In this document: positions 40,774-46,527 of the stretch, in pieces | Layout: every line of letters begins with the position of its first letter | Position numbering within the stretch: the stretch's first letter is position 1 | Assembly (NCBI RefSeq): GCF_018977255.1 | Contig: NW_024705414.1 | Span: forward strand, 1 to 46,527 | Length of the DNA: 46,527 bases | DNA from: Callorhinchus milii | Lineage: Eukaryota | Direction: 5' to 3' | Program-made: the position numbers and the translations under genes | Notes under the pieces: generated by a model | Told to the model about the DNA's origin: nothing | Database searches by the model: none | The model's input: the letters and a program-made list of their open reading frames with translations, nothing else

Positions 40774-41139
40774 CCACTGTCTGTAAGCCAACACTCTCAC
40801 GTTGAGGGGGAACACGATAGGTTTCTGCGGTGTATCTGATCAGCTCCGGGCACCTCCCAACGAGACAGACGCCTGTTCACGTCCCGATCTGTCGCGTCTA
40901 TTGCTCACTGTCCGTCTCCTCCCACCCCGTCAGCCCTTTGCTCCGAGACAACATCAATGTTCTCATTGTACGGCAGCCCCGGGACTTGGGACGTCCTCCC
41001 ATTTGTTGCGGCTCAACAGGGCAAAACGTTGGCCAAGTTTCCTTACTCCGCGCGTGCACACGCGCGCGCGCGCGCACAACACACACACGCACACGCATGT
41101 TTTACCTAGCGGTAAGTAGGAACCCGCTTGTCGACCTCC

Positions 41140-41420
41140 CCCCAACGGCTCACGGCCCCTGGTCCTCACCTCCAAAGCCCATCCGTGGCCTTCTTCACGT
41201 CCCCACCACTATCGGCGGGCGGGTGGGCCTTCCACCGCTCTGCCCCCCCCCCCAACCACCCTCTGGAACTTCCATCCCGCAGTCCCTCTGCCTCGTCCCC
41301 TCCCTCGCCCCCTCCGTTACCCCCTCCATCGCCCCCTCCCTCGCCCCCTCCGTTACCCCCTCCATCGCCCCCTTCAAGACCCATCTCAAGACCCTCCTCT
41401 TCCACTGTGCTTTCGATCAC
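41140..41420 (+). mobile_element. L2-clade LINE 3' fragment
   Basis: CTCTGGAAC...CCCGCAGTCCCTCTGCCTCG...TTCAAGACCCATCTCAAGACCCTCCTCTTC (FKTHLKTLLF). A shorter related fragment lies at ~38255-38345. Confidence 0.7.
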
Positions 41421-41474
41421 CCCGCCCTCCCCCCTCCCCCCCGCCCCGACCCCCAGCTCGTAACTCTGTCTGTC

Positions 41475-41725
41475 TGTGTTACACCGTGTGTCACCGTCTG
41501 TGTTACACTGTGTGTCACCGTCTGTGTTACACTGTGTGTCACCGCCTGTGTTACACTGTGTGTCACCGCCTGTGTTACACTGTGTGTCAGTGCCTGTGTT
41601 ACACTGTGTGTCACCGTCTGTGTTACACTGTGTGTCACCGCCTGTGTTACACTGTGTGTCACCGTCTGTGTCACACTGTGTGTCAGTGTCTGTGTTACAC
41701 TGTGTCTCACTGTCTGTTACACTGT
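41475..41725. repeat. 24-bp minisatellite (~10 copies) immediately upstream of the SNRPD2 promoter
   Basis: TGTTACACTGTGTGTCACCG(T/C)CTG repeated. Confidence 0.92.
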
Positions 41726-41800
41726 AGCTCTGTTTCTCTGTCACGTGGTCTCAGTGGGGGCCGCGCGGGGGCCGCCGGGAACTGGAGCCCACACCCGGAA

Positions 41801-41880
41801 ACTACAACTCCCGGCGTCCCCCGCGCGCCGCCCCCCTCCTCCGTCCGCCGCCGCCACCGGAAGTGGGCCTGGCCTTCCGG
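41801..41880 (+). promoter_or_regulatory. SNRPD2 housekeeping promoter: ZNF143-type ACTACAACTCCC, GC boxes and ETS/GABPA sites
   Basis: ACTACAACTCCC 41801-41812, CCGGAAGT 41857-41864 and CTTCCGG 41874-41880, in a CpG island just upstream of exon 1. Confidence 0.75.
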
Positions 41881-41909
41881 TGCAGCCTGGATCTCGGAGC
41901 GGCGGCAAC

Positions 41910-44112
41910 ATGTGAGTGGAAGCGGGAGACGGTCACGGGGCCCCGAGGGGTGGAGGGGGAGAGAGGGCGAGAGGCCGCGGCCTGACTCACAGCCCCCGCC
42001 AGGGCCCCGCCGAGCGGCCGGGATGGCGCCCAGGAGACTCCGAGGCCTGAGGCCTAGCCGGCGTCTCGGAGCCTCGGCCTCGCGTAGGAGTCGGCGCCCG
42101 CGGGGGAAGGAGGGAGGGAGGGAGGGAGGAGCGCTTTGAGGCGACGGCGGCGACGACACCCACAGCTTGTACTTACGTAGCGCCCTCCACGCAGGATAGC
42201 GCCTCAGGGCCGGAGCCCGACTGCCGAGCCGGGGGGTGGGGGGGGGGGGCGGAGTGTGGAGAGGGGGGAGTGGTCGTAATCCGGGCCGAAGAGGACAGTT
42301 TTTCAGGCTGGACTTGAAAGAGGGGTGAGAGGGGGTGAGGGGGAGAGAGAGGGGGGAGAGAGGGGGGGAGGGGGAGGGGATAAAATGTAGGGATTGAGGG
42401 AGGGGTCAGGACGGAGGGATTGAAGGAGAGAGAGAGAGAGAGGGGGGGGGTGGGGGTAGGGGGCAAGATGGAGGGATCGAGGGAGGGAGACGGAGGGTTT
42501 GAGGGAGGAACGGAGGGGGGCGAGGCGGAGGGATTGAGGGAGAGCGTTCCAGAGTTTCCGGGCGCAGCGCCTGAAAGCGCGACCTCCCGATGGTGGGGGT
42601 CCGGGGAGCGGGAGGCGTGAGGGGGGGGTGGGGGGAGACGAGAGAAGCCTCGAAGGCGACGGAACCCCCTTATTATTATTATTATTATTATTGTTGTCGT
42701 CGTCGTTTCACAGCCGCGAAGGAAGTGAATCCAATTAACAAACGGCGAAGAACCATCGGCAGTAATAACCGCCCACAAGACGCACAGTCACTACGCTCGA
42801 CAGCGTATCCTGCGAAGGCGCTTCGAGGCGCCTCGAAGCCGTAGATCGGGCGCCGTATCGAATGATTATTATTAGTAGTAGTACTACAACGATACCGCGA
42901 CGGGGGACGGACGGGGGGGGGGGCTTTGAGACGTACAGCGCGCGAAAGGGGGGGGCGGGGGGAACGGGGAGCAAACGCCCCCGCCCCACCCCCCACCCCG
43001 GCGCTGACCTGTCCCGTTGCCTCGCCAGGAGCCTGCTGAACAAGCCCAAGAGCGAGATGACCCCCGAGGAGCTGCAGAAGCGCGAGGAGGAGGAGTTCAA
43101 CACGGGGCCCCTGTCCGTGCTCACCCAGTCGGTGAAGAACAACACTCAGGTCCTCATCAACTGCCGCAACAACAAGAAGCTGTTGGGCAGAGTCAAGGCC
43201 TTCGACAGGTGCGGGCGGGGCCCCGGGTCCGCGGCCCCTCTCTTCGCGCAACGCGTCGCGACTCGCGCTCGCTACGCCCCTTTAACCCCCGTCCAGGGCT
43301 TTGGGACGTCCTCCCGGCGTGTAACCCCACTCTGCGCCCCTCTCCCCCCCCCCTCAGTCTGACCCCACTCTCCCCCCTCAGTCTGACCCCACTCTCCCCC
43401 CCCCCTCAGTCTGACTCTACTCTCCCCCCTCAGTCAAACCCCACTCTCTCCCCCTCAGTCTGACCCCACTCTCCCACTCAGTCTAACTCCACTCTCCCCC
43501 TCAGTCTAACCCCACTCTCTCCCCCTCAGTCTGACCCCACTCTCTCCCTCAGTCTAACTCCACTCTCCCCCTCAGTCTAACCCCACTCTCTCCCCCTCAA
43601 TCTGACCCCACTCTCTCCCCCTCAGTCTAACCCCACTCTCCCCCCCTCAATCTGACCCCACTCTCTCCCCCTCAGTCTAACCCCATTCTCCCCCCTCAGT
43701 CTGACCCCACTCTCCCCCTCAGTCTAACTCCACTCTCCCCCTCAGTCTAACCCCACTCTCTCCCCCTCAGTCTGACCCCACTCTCCCCCTCAGTCTAACT
43801 CCACTCTCCCCCTCAGTCTAACTCCACTCTCACCAATTCTAACCTCCTCTCCCCCCAGTCTAACCCCACCCTCCCCTCCCCTCCCCATCTGCCTTCACTC
43901 CCGGTCTAATCCCCCCCCCCCCCCCCGTCTCCCGCAGACACTGTAACATGGTGCTGGAGAACGTGAAGGAGATGTGGACGGAGGTGCCCAAGAGCGGGAA
44001 AGGCAAGAAGAAATCCAAACCCGTCAACAAAGACCGGTACATCTCCAAGATGTTCCTGCGCGGAGACTCAGTCATCGTGGTGCTCAGGAACCCGCTGATC
44101 ACAGGCAAATGA
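41910..44112 (+). CDS. SNRPD2: Small nuclear ribonucleoprotein Sm D2, 3 coding exons, 118 aa
   Basis: Start codon split AT|G: 41910-41911 (AT|GTGAGT), 43029-43208 ([31 protein letters not shown]...KAFDR) and 43938-44112 ([13 protein letters not shown]...[11 protein letters not shown]). Total 357 nt. AATAAA at 44237-44242. Confidence 0.98.
42270..42620 (-). mobile_element. Degenerate L2-clade LINE 3' fragment (SNRPD2 intron 1)
   Basis: Reverse complement has CGCGCTTTCAGG...AAACTCTGGAACGCTCTCCCTCAATCCCTCCGCCTCG...TTCAAGTCCAGCCTGAAAA, matching the other L2 fragments. Confidence 0.55.
43345..43870. repeat. ~21-25-bp minisatellite filling SNRPD2 intron 2
   Basis: CTCAGTCT(A/G)ACCCCACTCTCCCC repeated more than 20 times. 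Confidence 0.92.
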
Positions 44113-46527
44113 GAGGTTTTGGGGTGGGGGGGGGGGGGGGTTGCGGTGGTGGGGGGGTTAGAACTCGGTATATGTTTCCCAATATTTTTTATTCTTTCTG
44201 TTGTTGAGCTGACTGCGAAAGAGGAATTCTGTTTCTAATAAAATTGTACAAATGTATGTGAGTGTTGGGTGTCTCTGTGTGTGTGTGTGTTCTGTGACTG
44301 TGTGTGTGTGTGTGAGACTGTGTGTGTGTGTGTGTGTGTAGGGATGGGGTGGGGGTGGGGGGATGGCAAGATGCTCAGTTTAAAGTGAACGCATTTCGCT
44401 CACCACGTACCGGGCACCAGTCACTTACAGAACTCCCACCATTCAGGACGTAACGTTACTTAAAAGTATTGGTTACGTCTGTGATAAGGCGGTCGATAAG
44501 GACATTCAGACAACTCCCGCTCCCCGACTGAGGTTTATTAAATATTAATACAGCCATCAGCGCTGACAGCTACTTAATCAGTCCTTAACCTTACAAACAC
44601 CTCCCAAGGAGTTTGACACGAGGCCAGAGAGTGATTTTATCTGGTGGGGGGAGTTGTTGGAGAGAGAGAGAGAGAGAAAAACTCCCTTCTCTTTTCTTTA
44701 ACGTCTGCCTGAACAGAGCACGTATAGTGTGTGTGTGTGTGTCTCGCTTTAACTCTTCAACTAAAGGGACGGAGCCTCTGACAATGTTCTGTCCCCCTCG
44801 GCAGCCCCCCCTCCCGCTGCCCCCCCCCCCCCCCTCCAGCGCTGAGACCAACCTCAGCAGAACAAACGTTTAAGCCCCATCGATGGACGGCAAAGTGCTT
44901 ACAAATGATAAAATGTTTTACCCGACAATCTCTCTCCGGGGTTCCCGGGTGTGGGGGGGATGTGGGGAATTCTCAGTCGGGTTTGGAGACTCTTGAGCGA
45001 CGGTGACGGGTTTCCGTGTGTGTCAGACACCCGTCTGGTCAGGAAAAAAAAAGAGTTTCTTGTGGGGACACTGAATTGGGTCGGTTCCCTTTACAAAATA
45101 AGCCTCTGACGTAACACGCTACCGGCCTATTCGTCCCGTGAAGCCCTTCGAGACGTCTCAAAAGAGGTAATAAGGCACTGTGTCGAATGCCAGAATTATT
45201 ATTTTATTATTAATGTTATTATTAATCTACTTTAATGTACGCGTCTTCAAAACTTGGGTCTTACGTCACCCGCTGGTGGTCACGGGCCTCGACTCCCCAT
45301 CTCCCGCCGTTTCTCTGCCCACCTTCCTGGGCGACTCGAGGACGGTTTCTTGCTTCCACGGGGAGGAGGGGGGGGGGTCGCGCGAGGGCGAGAGAGAGCG
45401 CGAGAGAGAGAAGAGAATTCTAGGCACAAACGGCAACCATTTATTTTGGTGCGGAAACGATGACAACGACAACGGACCTATCCCCCCTTTCACGTCAGGA
45501 GAACGTCTCAAAGCTCTTGGTGAGGTGAAAGGCGGAGACGCTGAACTTAACCCGGTGGCAACACAGAAACTGAATGCATTTACTCCGGAGTGTGTAGTGT
45601 GGATGGCCCCTGTGTGGGGGGGTGGGGAGGAGGGGGGAGGGCGAGAGAGTGTGGGGGGGGCGGGTGTGTGTGGGGGGGTGTAGGGAGGAAGGGAGGGAGG
45701 GAGACTGCAGGATTTGCCTCGAAGAAACGAACGAACAAAACATTGACGTCAATTCTCAACCCCAACAATTATCCATCCCCCACCCTCCGCCCCAACCCTT
45801 TCCCGCCCCCCAACCACCCGGCTCTCGGTTACCTTTCTCTCCCCCCCACCCCACCTCCCACCACCTACCCCCCAATTGCCGGCCCCCCATTCCCGACCCC
45901 CCCCTTCCCACCCGACCCCCATAGAAAAAATAAACTATATAAAAAAATCCACCTGAAAATTTTCGATCAGGAACTTGGTCCTGATGTTTATGTGTGGGTC
46001 AGTTTGTTGCGTCCAGACCCCTTCCCCCCCCACTCCCCGACCCCCCTACCGGGGTGTGAGCCAGGCCGGGGGGGGGGAGTTAACGACAACACCAGGGGCT
46101 ACATAAACCTACCAATCTCAGGTCAGAATCGCATACCGTATAAATAGAACCAGAATAAAACTCTTTTACAACTATATAAGCAGCTTTCCACAGACGTTCA
46201 CAGGGAGGGAGGGAGGGAGGGAGGGAGGGAAAGGAGAGCGAGAAGTAGAGAGACAGAACGAGAGAGGGAGAGAAAAAGAGGGAGAGAGAAGTCTCAGAAA
46301 AAGTGTCAGAAACATGTTGTTCTGTTGTGTTTTCTGTGTAGTCCTCACATTGCCTCTCTCTCTGACACACACACCCCCACACACGCAATGTCACTTGCAT
46401 GCACGCACACACACGCACTCACATGCACGCACTCACGCACACACTCACACACACACTCACATGCACGCGCACACTCACATGCACGCGCAGTCTCCCTGGC
46501 ACTGTCTCTCTCACACACACACACACA

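Overview
This is eukaryotic vertebrate DNA, not microbial. It is a compact, GC-rich, microsatellite- and SINE-saturated segment typical of a microchromosome, probably from a cartilaginous fish (inferred from repeat types recalled from memory). It holds eight protein-coding loci, reconstructed by hand from ORFs and GT-AG splice sites: GPR4 (+), POLR1G/CD3EAP (-), a ZBTB1-like BTB/zinc-finger gene (-), NANOS2 (-), FBXO46 (+, with a 1-nt frameshift), QPCTL (+, 7 exons), a divergent FoxG-class forkhead gene (+) and SNRPD2 (+, 3 exons). Six of these are the human 19q13.32 gene set. The two extra genes (ZBTB1-like and FoxG-like) look like whole-genome-duplication paralogues of human 14q genes with no mammalian counterpart at this locus. 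The most unusual object is the ZBTB1-like gene. It has an intact BTB domain and promoter, an in-frame array of ~38 pentapeptides, a zinc finger split by an intron, and an in-frame TAA in the next finger, followed by decaying zinc-finger remnants. The rest of the window is a tRNA-headed, Deu-like, L2-tailed SINE family (20+ fragments), L2 LINE 3' fragments, many minisatellites and one 25-N assembly gap. Most ORFs in the supplied track are low-complexity artefacts. All homology calls are from recalled sequences; no database search was run.
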